A DNA stretch of 64,000 nt from a virus: positions 1 to 64,000 of the IMG/VR virus record IMGVR_UViG_3300001450_010303. One strand, written 5' to 3'. Below the pieces are notes generated by a model. That model saw nothing but the letters and a program-made list of their open reading frames with translations. It was not told the DNA's origin and did no database searches. The position numbers and the translations under genes were made by a program. Position 1 is the first letter of the stretch, and every line of letters begins with the position of its first letter. Below, in pieces: positions 15,988 through 25,843 of this stretch.

Positions 15988-18381
15988 ATGTTAAATGACG
16001 AACAAATCCTGCTAAAAACAGCACAATTATTGGAAAATTTCGATATTTCCGACAAAAAACCCGATAAATTGCTTCGGGAACTCGATGATATTGAGTTAGA
16101 AGCCTTAGATGATGTGCTAGACGACATGAAAGGCGAAGATCTCGCGTTTAATGGGTTATTTAACGGCGAAATGCGCAAAGTTATCGACTTTCCGACGATG
16201 GATAACTCTACGGACCTTGGACAGTTCGGAGAATTCTTCAAAAAGCAAGATTTTGAAGTAGATTGGGAAAAAGGAATGCTCTCAGCCGAACGGGAGGTTG
16301 GCAATCGCAGTACTGAAGATATAGTAAATCAGTTGATGGGCGGTCCAGATGCGCGCATTCAGTCGAAAAAGAAGAAAATTCAGATGAAAGTCGGCAAATT
16401 CTTCGCAAAAGTGGCAGGTCTGAGTTCAAAAAGGGATATTTTGTATCAAAAAGTGTATGATCACCTGGATAAGATGAATTATACCGGTCCGCATGGCAAA
16501 GTCGACGTTCCATGGAAAATAAGCGGGGAAATGGTCAAAGCAGCGCTTGATGAAAAAGAACAAGAAGATTATAGCCGAATAGATACTCAAATCAGCTTAT
16601 ATATCCCAAATCCGGGTGTTGCTGGACCTGCGGGCTACGCTTTGACCGATTTAGCGACTAAAATGGCGAAATATTGGCAAACAAACGCTGGATACATCAA
16701 AAAAGAGATAAATAAGATCGATAATGACAAATATTCCATTATTATCACTCGACATCCCATTGATGTGTTAAGAATGAGCGATTTTGACAAAATTACCTCT
16801 TGTCACTCTCCACCAAGTCGTTCTGGAGGCACAAATGAGTATTATAAGTGCGCTGTTGCCGAAGCACAGGGCCATGGAGCACTTGCGTACGTCGTAGAAA
16901 CGGAAGATCTGCTTTATAAAACAAATACAAGTAATATTGAGAGCGCAGAACAAGAAATTCAAGAAGGTGAGATATTTGCCGATGATAATAGAGCCGGCGG
17001 AGCAGGATTCGATATAGAGCCCATAAGTCGCGCCAGACTGCGCCAAATGCGATACTACGATACTGACACGCCTAAACGCTGGGACGACGGTACAGAGCTA
17101 GCAGTACCTGAAGAACGCATATATGGTGTTGGTATTCCCGGGATATCTGATAGGATTAGAGAATGGGCAAGAAAAAACCAAGAAGAGGCACTCAAAAACA
17201 TGCCTAGTACTGGTGATGATGGAGAAGATGTCAATTTAGACAGGTTTTTCATTTTTGGTGGTTCGTATGAGGACACAGCCGGCGCTGAAGGGCGCGAATC
17301 TTTGCTTTCAAAGCTCGCAATGATTGAAACAGAGGCAATGACTGGTAACATCCGCCAAAACAGAGAAACCGAAGATGCTTTAGACGCAAATGCCATTTCT
17401 GGGTTACTTGGAAGGTATAGGGCTGATGTAGAACGGATTGAAGCTGAATGGAATCAACGATATGCCGCTGCGGGAGTATCTGCTAGCGTAGAAGACGATG
17501 GAGAAGGTGGTGTTTACATTGAAGCAGAAGCTCGGATTACTTTTGATTATAGTTTTGATGAGCTTGTGAGGTTACCCAACTCTTATCCAACGGGAATGCA
17601 GGCTTTTGATAACATAAATGACATATGGGGTGATATCTTTGATACAGACTCTGGGTTCGTTAATAAATTCTCGAATACAACCGTTCATATTGGTTGTAGA
17701 TTTAACTTAGAACACCCCGAGATCGGAGAATCAGCGCTGATGTATGATCCTGATGGTTTTGATGCATTTTGCGCGGAGATTGATAAGCTAGATGATAGGC
17801 GAGATGCTTTCAAAGCCGCTATTGATGAGTTTTTAAAGCGCGAAGGCTATTTGGAAGGCGGAGAATACATCAAATTAGCATATGAAATAGAAGATACGCC
17901 TTTTGAGTCTTATGAATGGGATGTAAGGTCTGATGGAGAAGATCCAAGCGAGTCATATGAATCAACAGCTGCAGTGTCTCACGACTTTAACCCTGAAGCG
18001 CTTGGGGTAAGCCCACAGGTATTGATTCAGATTCTTGATTCTCGCGATTGGCGTCTTTTCATCAGAAAAGAGCTGCTTAAACATCCGCGGACCGAACTTG
18101 GGGTTGAGTACTACCTTGATATTGGTAATAGCAGTGCTGTGGCCTCCGGTGAAGATATCGAATATACCATCGAGTTTAGAATCACAGCCGATGACCCAGA
18201 TGCGCGCGTAGAATTGTTCCGAGAGCTTACAACGGGCGAAACAGATGATGAAGATCGGCTGAATAGCTTGTTTGATTGGGCAATAAAGCAAATGCTTAAT
18301 CAACGTTTGCCGGCTAGCCAACAACAAAACTTAGATGAACGCCTCGTGAAAACGTGGAAAGGATTTTTAGGAAGAATATGA
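15988..18381 (+). CDS. large acidic hypothetical protein
   Basis: 797-aa ORF; no motif recognised. Confidence 0.85.
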   Translation: MLNDEQILLKTAQLLENFDISDKKPDKLLRELDDIELEALDDVLDDMKGEDLAFNGLFNGEMRKVIDFPTMDNSTDLGQFGEFFKKQDFEVDWEKGMLSAEREVGNRSTEDIVNQLMGGPDARIQSKKKKIQMKVGKFFAKVAGLSSKRDILYQKVYDHLDKMNYTGPHGKVDVPWKISGEMVKAALDEKEQEDYSRIDTQISLYIPNPGVAGPAGYALTDLATKMAKYWQTNAGYIKKEINKIDNDKYSIIITRHPIDVLRMSDFDKITSCHSPPSRSGGTNEYYKCAVAEAQGHGALAYVVETEDLLYKTNTSNIESAEQEIQEGEIFADDNRAGGAGFDIEPISRARLRQMRYYDTDTPKRWDDGTELAVPEERIYGVGIPGISDRIREWARKNQEEALKNMPSTGDDGEDVNLDRFFIFGGSYEDTAGAEGRESLLSKLAMIETEAMTGNIRQNRETEDALDANAISGLLGRYRADVERIEAEWNQRYAAAGVSASVEDDGEGGVYIEAEARITFDYSFDELVRLPNSYPTGMQAFDNINDIWGDIFDTDSGFVNKFSNTTVHIGCRFNLEHPEIGESALMYDPDGFDAFCAEIDKLDDRRDAFKAAIDEFLKREGYLEGGEYIKLAYEIEDTPFESYEWDVRSDGEDPSESYESTAAVSHDFNPEALGVSPQVLIQILDSRDWRLFIRKELLKHPRTELGVEYYLDIGNSSAVASGEDIEYTIEFRITADDPDARVELFRELTTGETDDEDRLNSLFDWAIKQMLNQRLPASQQQNLDERLVKTWKGFLGRI

Positions 18382-18626
18382 GCAAATATCTACAAGATCC
18401 AGAGTATCTCTTTAGTATTTTAACTGCTATCGTAAAGAAAAATGGGGGAAGAATAGAAATCACCGATGAAGAAATGAAAAATGTATCTAAGGGAGATCTA
18501 ATTGGTATGTATTATGAACCCAAAACTGAAACCCTAATACTTAAAGAAGTAGAGCCGCAAGATATGTTGCAAGCTACGACGATTATTAGAGATAAAAAGG
18601 GAACCGATAAGGTTTATGATAACTGA
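18378..18626 (+). CDS. hypothetical protein
   Basis: ATGA overlap with the upstream gene. Confidence 0.7.
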   Translation: MSKYLQDPEYLFSILTAIVKKNGGRIEITDEEMKNVSKGDLIGMYYEPKTETLILKEVEPQDMLQATTIIRDKKGTDKVYDN

Positions 18627-18868
18627 TGCTTAAAAAATTTACCGAACATCTTGAAAAACAAGATGAAACATATTTCCAACACTTCTGTAGTGCCTGGAAG
18701 ATTGTATTTTGTTTAAAAAAGATAGAAGTGCGCTGTGCGGTGCATGCTGTGTTTCCTTTCTTATATACAGATGCTCTATCAAGTCAATTAGACTGTCTTT
18801 ATAAACTAACGAATCGAGCCAAGCCGAATATAGACGAAGAATTATATGAAACATACGGTGGTGATTAA
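18626..18868 (+). CDS. small conserved protein (DUF6356-like)
   Basis: FTEHL...ETYFQH...HAVFPFL pattern. Confidence 0.65.
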   Translation: MLKKFTEHLEKQDETYFQHFCSAWKIVFCLKKIEVRCAVHAVFPFLYTDALSSQLDCLYKLTNRAKPNIDEELYETYGGD

Positions 18869-18876
18869 ACTTTATA

Positions 18877-18906
18877 TTGACAACCATGACATTAATATGT
18901 TATTAT
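18877..18906 (+). promoter_or_regulatory. sigma70-type promoter for iscU-iscA
   Basis: TTGACA 18877, 18 bp spacer, TGn-TATTAT 18901. Confidence 0.55.
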
Positions 18907-18919
18907 TAAGTAAAACAAT

Positions 18920-19315
18920 ATGACATATTCAGATAAAGTAATAGATCATTTTCAAAACCCACAGAATGTAGGCAGTATGGAACGAACCGATCCAAACGTA
19001 GGTACCGGCATGGTGGGTGCGCCGGCGTGTGGGGATGTGATGAAACTTCAATTGCGTATTAATGACGATGGTATCATCGAGGATGCTAAATTCAAAACCT
19101 TTGGCTGCGGTTCAGCAATTGCCTCTAGCTCGCTAATTACAACAATAGTTAAGGGGAAGCACATGAGCGAAGCCGCCAAAATTAGTAACTCTGATATTGC
19201 ACAGGAACTTTCTCTTCCACCGGTGAAGATTCATTGTTCTGTTTTGGCGGAGGATGCGATCAAAGCCGCAATTAAAGATTGGGAGGAAAAGCGAAATGGC
19301 TATAACGATGACTGA
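18920..19315 (+). CDS. iscU: Fe-S cluster scaffold IscU
   Basis: YSDKVIDHF, GAPACGDVM, FKTFGCGSAIASSS, LPPVKIHCSVLAEDAI. Confidence 0.97.
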   Translation: MTYSDKVIDHFQNPQNVGSMERTDPNVGTGMVGAPACGDVMKLQLRINDDGIIEDAKFKTFGCGSAIASSSLITTIVKGKHMSEAAKISNSDIAQELSLPPVKIHCSVLAEDAIKAAIKDWEEKRNGYNDD

Positions 19316-19622
19316 TTTCGCAATTCAAAAAGTATCTGGGATAATGATGAAGAGGCAGATGCCCGGTTATTATTTAAGAGTAGGGCTGAAAGGCGGCGGA
19401 TGTTCTGGGTATATGTATTCGTATGATTTTATTGAGACACCCGAAGAGAAGGACAAGATTTTTGAATTCGGAGAAGTAAAAATCTGTATTGATATCAAAT
19501 CTTACTTGTTTCTCAATGGAATGGAAATTGACTATGAAGAAGACCTTTTAAAGTCTGGATTAGTATTTAATACACCAAAGGCACAAAGATCTTGTGGTTG
19601 TGGTGAAAGCATTTCGTTTTAA
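19296..19622 (+). CDS. iscA: A-type Fe-S carrier IscA/HesB
   Basis: LRVGLKGGGCSG and CGCGESISF. Confidence 0.93.
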   Translation: MAITMTDFAIQKVSGIMMKRQMPGYYLRVGLKGGGCSGYMYSYDFIETPEEKDKIFEFGEVKICIDIKSYLFLNGMEIDYEEDLLKSGLVFNTPKAQRSCGCGESISF

Positions 19623-19637
19623 GGAATATATAGTTAT

Positions 19638-20063
19638 ATGAAACTCCTACTTGAAAATTGGAGAGAATATCTGAAAGAGGAGGAAGTCGAAGAGGGATTA
19701 TCTTCAAAATTAGCCCTAGGTGCGGCACTTGCTGGGGGTATTAGTCCAGCCATGGCACAAGACACGAGTGGTGTCGACACCGCCGAAAAAACCCAACAGG
19801 TGGATAAAGCAGAAGATACTTCAAATTTGGTGAAGAACAAAGACGGGACGTACAGCTTAACATTAGATATCCCGGGACATTTTCAAAAGTTAAGCCCGGG
19901 CATGAAGCGGACATTCCTGCAGAACTGGGCAAGAACTGAATTTGCAAAGAAAATGGCTGGAGCATTAGACGGTGAAGCCTATCAGTTAGAGATGTCCGGA
20001 AGATTGTCATCTATGACAGAAGATACTGTAACTTTTACCGGTACTGTAAATATCATAAAATGA
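19638..20063 (+). CDS. protein with MKLLLENW leader followed by a signal-peptide-like segment
   Basis: MKLLLENWREYLKEEEVEE-GLSSKLALGAALAGGISPAMA-Q. Confidence 0.75.
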   Translation: MKLLLENWREYLKEEEVEEGLSSKLALGAALAGGISPAMAQDTSGVDTAEKTQQVDKAEDTSNLVKNKDGTYSLTLDIPGHFQKLSPGMKRTFLQNWARTEFAKKMAGALDGEAYQLEMSGRLSSMTEDTVTFTGTVNIIK

Positions 20064-20761
20064 AACTCCTACTTGAAAATTGGCGAAAGTTTGTCAATGA
20101 AGAGATGGAAGAACCCATCACGACCCTTCGCATCTTCGACTTCGATGAGACAATAGCCCATACGAGGTCAGAAACCCGTGTTAAAGCCCCCGACGGCTCC
20201 GAAGCGACCCTGAGTGACCAGCAGGAGTTTGAAGCCTATATGAACGCAGCTGCAGTGAAAGAAGGAATAGAAGCTTTTGACGCCGTGGATGCTTTGATGG
20301 AGTTGGGTTATCAAATTGATTTAAGCGACTTTTCGATTGTTAAAGATCCAGATGAAATCGTGATCATCACTGATATTATGCGTGAGTTCCCACCAGATTC
20401 TAAAACTTATATTATGACCGCAAGGCGGGGAAATTCAATCGGGCCAATTATCGATTATCTTGATGAGATTAATATTGATTCTTCACAAGTTAGAATAATG
20501 GCCACACAGGGAGAATCTAAAGGGGATGTGATGGCGCAGATGCTTAGACAAAAATTGATGTCTGACGGAAAATCAAATATTAATCGCATCGAATATTATG
20601 AGGATTCTGAGAAGAATATCGATGATGTGTTAGCGAAGGTTTGCGAGAACCCAAAGTTAATTGATATTAAACCAATAGATTTTGAGCTAATCATTAACAA
20701 AGTTATTAATAATGATGGCCAGTATAATATTCATCGGATTGAATGTAAGACTCCGGACTAA
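20060..20761 (+). CDS. HAD-superfamily phosphatase-like protein with MKLLLENW leader
   Basis: FDFDETI (DxDxT), MTARR, K, YEDSEKN. Confidence 0.8.
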   Translation: MKLLLENWRKFVNEEMEEPITTLRIFDFDETIAHTRSETRVKAPDGSEATLSDQQEFEAYMNAAAVKEGIEAFDAVDALMELGYQIDLSDFSIVKDPDEIVIITDIMREFPPDSKTYIMTARRGNSIGPIIDYLDEINIDSSQVRIMATQGESKGDVMAQMLRQKLMSDGKSNINRIEYYEDSEKNIDDVLAKVCENPKLIDIKPIDFELIINKVINNDGQYNIHRIECKTPD

Positions 20762-20785
20762 TTAAGAGCAGTTGAGGACTAAAAT

Positions 20786-21109
20786 ATGGCAGAAACAAAC
20801 GGGTGGGATACCTACTCAAAATTAGTGTTACAACAACTTGAATCTCTTTCTGGTGGTATTGATGGGTTGCAGTCTGAGTTACAAGATGTTAAAGAACAGC
20901 TAACTGAACTTAAGGCAAAAGAGGATAGGGTTCAAGATTTAAAGTCCTGGAAAGAGAAGTTTGATGAAGTAGCTTCACCTACTCAACTGCAAATAAGATT
21001 TGAAGAAATCGAAGAGTTAAAAGAGTTTAAGACAAAAGCGGTTACCATGTTTATGGTTGTACAAGCGGCCATGGCCTTTGGTATGGCCATCGCTCTCGAA
21101 ATATTCTAG
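20786..21109 (+). CDS. coiled-coil protein with C-terminal TM helix
   Basis: GAGGA RBS; heptad pattern, hydrophobic tail. Confidence 0.75.
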   Translation: MAETNGWDTYSKLVLQQLESLSGGIDGLQSELQDVKEQLTELKAKEDRVQDLKSWKEKFDEVASPTQLQIRFEEIEELKEFKTKAVTMFMVVQAAMAFGMAIALEIF

Positions 21110-21144
21110 CTTGCTTAAGTTTAAAAACGTGTTATATTAATAAT

Positions 21145-21468
21145 ATGTTAAATTTTAAAACTGGTGATTTGATCGCATATCACTTCCATAATATTGTTAA
21201 ACCATTGAAAGTCGGCATAGTGATAACAGATGATATAAAAACATTTACTGTAAAATGGATCCATTATAATCAAAGTTTTTTTATGGAAAAAGACGCGGAT
21301 ATTTACGGAGAGTTAAGTAATACATACCTTTTAACGACTGTGCAGATTTATAGAGATTGCAAGGACACCGGTTTATCATTATTAAACTCTATGTACTTTG
21401 ATGGGGAAAAAAACCAACAGAGAAGAACGTCTCAAACAAATAGTGAGACAATTATCCGGCAAAGTTAA
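21145..21468 (+). CDS. small SH3/KOW-like protein
   Basis: FKTGDLIAY...VGIVI...VKW; sigma70-like promoter TTGCTT 21111/TATATT 21133. Confidence 0.65.
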   Translation: MLNFKTGDLIAYHFHNIVKPLKVGIVITDDIKTFTVKWIHYNQSFFMEKDADIYGELSNTYLLTTVQIYRDCKDTGLSLLNSMYFDGEKNQQRRTSQTNSETIIRQS

Positions 21469-21688
21469 TATTGACGATGAGCCGGTACCAGAAGTTGCAA
21501 TTAAGGGTAAAGGACATATAATGTGTTTTAATTCTTCAAAAAGAATGTTTATACGAATAGCGCGGGGAACAAAGGCTTATGTTATTGACCCAGAAATGAA
21601 TAGTGAGGGAAGAGTGATGATATATACCTTCAGTGGTAGTATAGTAGAGATTAAGCCAGAAGAGCTAGTCAATACAGGATTTGACTAA
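21401..21688 (+). CDS. hypothetical protein
   Basis: ORF track 21398..21688. Confidence 0.6.
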   Translation: MGKKTNREERLKQIVRQLSGKVNIDDEPVPEVAIKGKGHIMCFNSSKRMFIRIARGTKAYVIDPEMNSEGRVMIYTFSGSIVEIKPEELVNTGFD

Positions 21689-21826
21689 ATGTTGTTTGAG
21701 TTTGGATATTTTTGGAAAACTATTTTTTCTCTTTTGGCAGCTTGGACGTTGTATGGTTTTGTTGGATTTGAATTCACAGTAGTAACTTTATTGGTGCTTT
21801 TGCTGTCGCATGAATTTCACAAATAA
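21689..21826 (+). CDS. small membrane protein (45 aa, not in ORF track)
   Basis: MLFEFGYFWKTIFSLLAAWTLYGFVGFEFTVVTLLVLLLSHEFHK; starts immediately after the previous stop. Confidence 0.6.
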   Translation: MLFEFGYFWKTIFSLLAAWTLYGFVGFEFTVVTLLVLLLSHEFHK

Positions 21827-21852
21827 ACTATTTTGGCGCCCTATTTACGGCG

Positions 21853-22056
21853 ATGGCCAAGAATAGAAAATTTTATAGTATCGGAACAACTGAACAGCCT
21901 GCTAGCCAAACAAACGGATATATACTTAGATGGATCGGTAAAGAAAATGAAGTTTTACAGGAAGGGCCATTTATATCTATAGAAAAAGCGCTAACTGAAC
22001 AAAATACCAAACTAATTAATGGTGTTTGTTCATGGTTGGTGTTTTATGGCGATTGA
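21853..22056 (+). CDS. hypothetical protein
   Basis: ORF track; TATTTA motif at 21842. Confidence 0.6.
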   Translation: MAKNRKFYSIGTTEQPASQTNGYILRWIGKENEVLQEGPFISIEKALTEQNTKLINGVCSWLVFYGD

Positions 22057-22312
22057 AAAAAGCGTATTTGGTGATTTAACCTCTAAAGATTTTGCGATTG
22101 GTGATATAGTAGAGTGGTCTTCATGGGATTCTTCCATTGAAGAGTGGAAATTTCATTATGGGATACTTTTGACGATCGAAAATGAATTTCGTTCCAATAG
22201 GCTTGTTTCTATTTCTCGTGTAATTCCTTTAGAAGATTCAAATAGCGAATTAGAATTCTTTACTATGAGCCTTCGTGTTGTTTCACACAAAGAAGAAATA
22301 GAAACTATTTAA
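22046..22312 (+). CDS. small SH3/KOW-like protein
   Basis: FAIGDIVEW...YGIL...SLRVVS. Confidence 0.65.
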   Translation: MAIEKSVFGDLTSKDFAIGDIVEWSSWDSSIEEWKFHYGILLTIENEFRSNRLVSISRVIPLEDSNSELEFFTMSLRVVSHKEEIETI

Positions 22313-22316
22313 TATT

Positions 22317-23123
22317 ATGACTGACGCTTTGCAACAATTAATAAAGCAATTTATGCCATTTGCGCAAGAAAGATTTGGCTTTGAGGAACCCCCAAAGCTC
22401 TTTTTTAAAGATGACGAAGCAAATGCTAAAGATCCATTAGGAAAAACTGCTTATTATGACCCTAATGAGAGAACGATAACATTATATATAACTGGCCGTC
22501 ATCCGAAAGATATTCTTAGATCTTTGGGTCATGAGTTAGTTCATCATAAACAGAATTGTTGTGGTATGTTTGACGATGCTGGGCCCACAGAAGATGGATA
22601 TGCACAGTCAAATCCTCACTTACGACAAATGGAAATTGAAGCAAATAGAGATGGTAGTATGTGTTTGCGTGATTTTGAAGATATGTTAAAGAAAGAAAAC
22701 ACTACTTATTATGAACATTTACAAAAAGGAGAAATGAGTAAGATGTCTACAAAAGATTGGAAAAACAAGGAAATTTCTACTCTTCTATCAGAAGCGTGGG
22801 GATTCAAATTTAGTTCTCTTCAAGAATTTGATGAGTTTAATGGAACTGGTGAATTGCAAGAAGAGGGTGATGAAGTAACCACCGAGGGCGACGACAAAGG
22901 AGAGCGGCCATCAGATGCAGCAGAGCGCGAAAAATGCGCTCGGCAGCGGAACAAAAGGTGGGATGATGGTGCTAGAGGAGATAAGTGTGTCCCTGATACA
23001 GCGAAAAAAGAAGAACTTGAAGAAGTGTGTGGAGATAAAGACAAAGTTACTGAAGAAACTGTTGATGCAGCCGAGCTAAAAGAAGCTATTAAAGCGCTTT
23101 TAGGATTATATTTAAAAGGATAA
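22317..23123 (+). CDS. HExxH zincin-like protein with acidic C-terminal extension
   Basis: TAYYDP...DILRSLGHELVHHKQ...EIEA. Confidence 0.8.
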   Translation: MTDALQQLIKQFMPFAQERFGFEEPPKLFFKDDEANAKDPLGKTAYYDPNERTITLYITGRHPKDILRSLGHELVHHKQNCCGMFDDAGPTEDGYAQSNPHLRQMEIEANRDGSMCLRDFEDMLKKENTTYYEHLQKGEMSKMSTKDWKNKEISTLLSEAWGFKFSSLQEFDEFNGTGELQEEGDEVTTEGDDKGERPSDAAEREKCARQRNKRWDDGARGDKCVPDTAKKEELEEVCGDKDKVTEETVDAAELKEAIKALLGLYLKG

Positions 23124-23234
23124 ATGTTACCATGACAGGTAAATCTAAAAATTGAGTTTCGAATCGAACTTAAAAAACTTAAGCATAAGTTTATATTCGA
23201 TTTATTGTTACTCCAACACCTGGAGGGTGCAGAC

Positions 23235-23486
23235 GTGTCTTTAAATACAAATTGGCAAGACTTTTTATGTGAGAGTCTTGATGAAAAAACAATATTCACT
23301 TATATACAGGGTTTAGAAGAAGTTATATCTAATCTCAAACCTCGTTCTATGACTGAAAAGCGTAGAATGGCGCTAGCCAAGCAGCACTTACGTGAGGTTA
23401 AGCGACATGCTAGACGCATGATGAATGAAAACAATGTGTTACAAGAAAAACTTAATATATTGGAAGAAAGTGTAGGAGATAAGTAA
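23235..23486 (+). CDS. hypothetical coiled-coil protein with NWxxFLxE leader
   Basis: GGAGG RBS, GTG start; VSLNTNWQDFLCESLDE. Confidence 0.7.
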   Translation: MSLNTNWQDFLCESLDEKTIFTYIQGLEEVISNLKPRSMTEKRRMALAKQHLREVKRHARRMMNENNVLQEKLNILEESVGDK

Positions 23487-25843
23487 TGGGTAGTGCTAAC
23501 ACACACTTAACCCACCTCGAAGAGTTAGTTCTTACTCAGGGGGCGCCAGGGTACGAGATGGCCAGGGCATTTCTTTTAGAACTTCTCGAAACCCTTAAGG
23601 GAAATTCCAACTCTCATATTCAAACATCAGTTAAGTGGGATGGCGCCCCGGCGATATTCACAGGTATAAATCCAGAAAATGGCCGGTTTTTTGTAGGCAC
23701 TAAATCGATCTTTAATAAAGTACCTAAGATTAATTATACTGAAGAAGACATTTTAAACAACCATGGCCATGCGCCTGGGCTCGTTGATAAATTAACGAAA
23801 GCATTAAAATATCTGCCAGCACTGGGAATCAAAAAGATTCTACAGGGTGATTTTATGTTTGATGATGGAATGCTTGAAATAGTTGATATTGATGGTGAGC
23901 CTCATTATCGTTTCAAACCAAATACAATTGTTTATGCTGTTCCAGTGAATTCAGACCTTGGCAGAGAGGTTGGACAATCAAAATTTGGTATTGTATTCCA
24001 CACGACATATGATAGTTTAGATAGTGGTGCTAGCTTTGGTGCTGATGTCAGCGAACTCAGACGGGCGCCCGGAATCTGGTTTGACGATGCTTTTTTTACA
24101 GATGACACTGGTACTGTGACTCTTACCGAAGATGAAGAACACAAAGTTGTTAATTTAGTTGAAGAAGCGGACTCAGTTAATGGAAAAATCGATTATAATA
24201 ATTTACCATCTGATTTTTTAAATATTTATATTAACAGCGAAATTAAAACTGGACAGTTTTTAGAAAATCCTGAAGCATCATTCATTGGATTTAAGGAATG
24301 GTATTCTGCGCGTGGTGAAAAGAGAGTTAGTAAGTTAAAAAGTGAGAAGGGGCGAACACGGGCAATTGAAAAAGGACAGCAAGACTTACAATTATTTGAT
24401 AGTAAAAGAGAAGATATCCTTAATCTTTTCCGAGTATCGCGCCTTTTGTTTGAAGCCAAGAATATTTTCATTGAGAAATATAATAATGCTGTATATACTA
24501 CTAAACATTTTGTTGATGATGGCTCAGGAGACCTGGCCGCCACCAATCCAGAAGGATACGTTGCAGTAGATCACGAGGGGAATGGTATTAAGTTTGTAGA
24601 TCGCTTGGAGTTTAGTCGGGCCAATTTTATGATAGATAAATCTGCAAAATTTACACAAGAGTCCATTGAGCATTTGCCACTTGATGAATCACAGATGTTT
24701 GTTATTCAGGTTTCTAAGGATAAGCAAATATCAAAAACTTTGAAAGAGTGGATGAGCGAAATTAAAGCCACAAACCACAAATATCAGAAACTCCCTCAGT
24801 TGGTTTATGAGGACGTCTTAGCCGGTACCCCCATCGTAGATATAGTTCTACAGGAAAACGCGGAGAAGACCGTGTATAACACAGTTATTCGGTATATTAA
24901 TGAATCACTCGCAGGCACAGGTCAAGAATACGATGACGAGTGGGATGAATACCGACATTATGCAGATCAAGATTTAGGATTGCCATTAGAAGACGAAGAT
25001 GAAGATCCAGTCGTAGATAATGATTTTGGTGATGAGCCTACAACCTGGGCTATTATTCCGGGCGCGTTCAAACCACCACATAAGGGGCATGCCGATATGG
25101 TACGTAGATATGCTACCGGCGACGGGGTTCCAAAGGCTGATAAAGTAATAGTTGTTATATCTGCGCCTATGAATGCACAACGACAACTAAGAGATGGTAC
25201 TACTATCAATGAAGATCATGCGATCGAGTTTTGGAAAGAATTGTTTCCAGAGGTTGCCAGTCTTCCTAATGTAGAATTTGAGGTGGCGTCTAAAGATATG
25301 AAATCGCCCATCACTGTGGCATACAATTATATCAGTGAGAAATCACCATTGCCTTTTAAAGATGGTGACAGAGTTATTTTAGGTGCTAGTGACAAACCAG
25401 ATTCAAACGAAAAACCAGATTGGATGCGGTGGAACAATGTCAATGATGAAAAACATGTAAAACACGGTATCGAGTTATTGCGCGGTGAAGAATATGCTGT
25501 GCCAGCTTTACCTCGCGCGGGCGGCGGAAGTTTTAGTGCTTCAGCTGCACGTGATTTAATTTCTGACTTAGTAGATAATCCTTCTGATAAAGAGGCGTAT
25601 GTTGAACTGAGTGATTTTGTACCGGCTAATAGAATTGGATATCTTTTTGATACTCTCAAAAAACCTAGACCTATCTTTGTTGATAAAGATTTAGATGAGA
25701 TGAACGCGATGGGGGCTGGAAGTGTGGTTGGAGGAGTGAATATGAGAGATGATGAAGATATAAATACTTGGAACGAAAATATAGATTTAAATACCATTGA
25801 TGAGGTGATAAGACTAATTATGGAAAAGGGAATTATGAGATGA
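23486..25843 (+). CDS. fusion: RNA-ligase-like nucleotidyltransferase (DUF6267-like) plus HxGH cytidylyltransferase-like domain
   Basis: KWDG, QGDFMF, PEGYV, IKFVDR in the N-terminal half; PGAFKPPHKGH and SASAAR in the C-terminal half. Confidence 0.8.
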   Translation: MGSANTHLTHLEELVLTQGAPGYEMARAFLLELLETLKGNSNSHIQTSVKWDGAPAIFTGINPENGRFFVGTKSIFNKVPKINYTEEDILNNHGHAPGLVDKLTKALKYLPALGIKKILQGDFMFDDGMLEIVDIDGEPHYRFKPNTIVYAVPVNSDLGREVGQSKFGIVFHTTYDSLDSGASFGADVSELRRAPGIWFDDAFFTDDTGTVTLTEDEEHKVVNLVEEADSVNGKIDYNNLPSDFLNIYINSEIKTGQFLENPEASFIGFKEWYSARGEKRVSKLKSEKGRTRAIEKGQQDLQLFDSKREDILNLFRVSRLLFEAKNIFIEKYNNAVYTTKHFVDDGSGDLAATNPEGYVAVDHEGNGIKFVDRLEFSRANFMIDKSAKFTQESIEHLPLDESQMFVIQVSKDKQISKTLKEWMSEIKATNHKYQKLPQLVYEDVLAGTPIVDIVLQENAEKTVYNTVIRYINESLAGTGQEYDDEWDEYRHYADQDLGLPLEDEDEDPVVDNDFGDEPTTWAIIPGAFKPPHKGHADMVRRYATGDGVPKADKVIVVISAPMNAQRQLRDGTTINEDHAIEFWKELFPEVASLPNVEFEVASKDMKSPITVAYNYISEKSPLPFKDGDRVILGASDKPDSNEKPDWMRWNNVNDEKHVKHGIELLRGEEYAVPALPRAGGGSFSASAARDLISDLVDNPSDKEAYVELSDFVPANRIGYLFDTLKKPRPIFVDKDLDEMNAMGAGSVVGGVNMRDDEDINTWNENIDLNTIDEVIRLIMEKGIMR

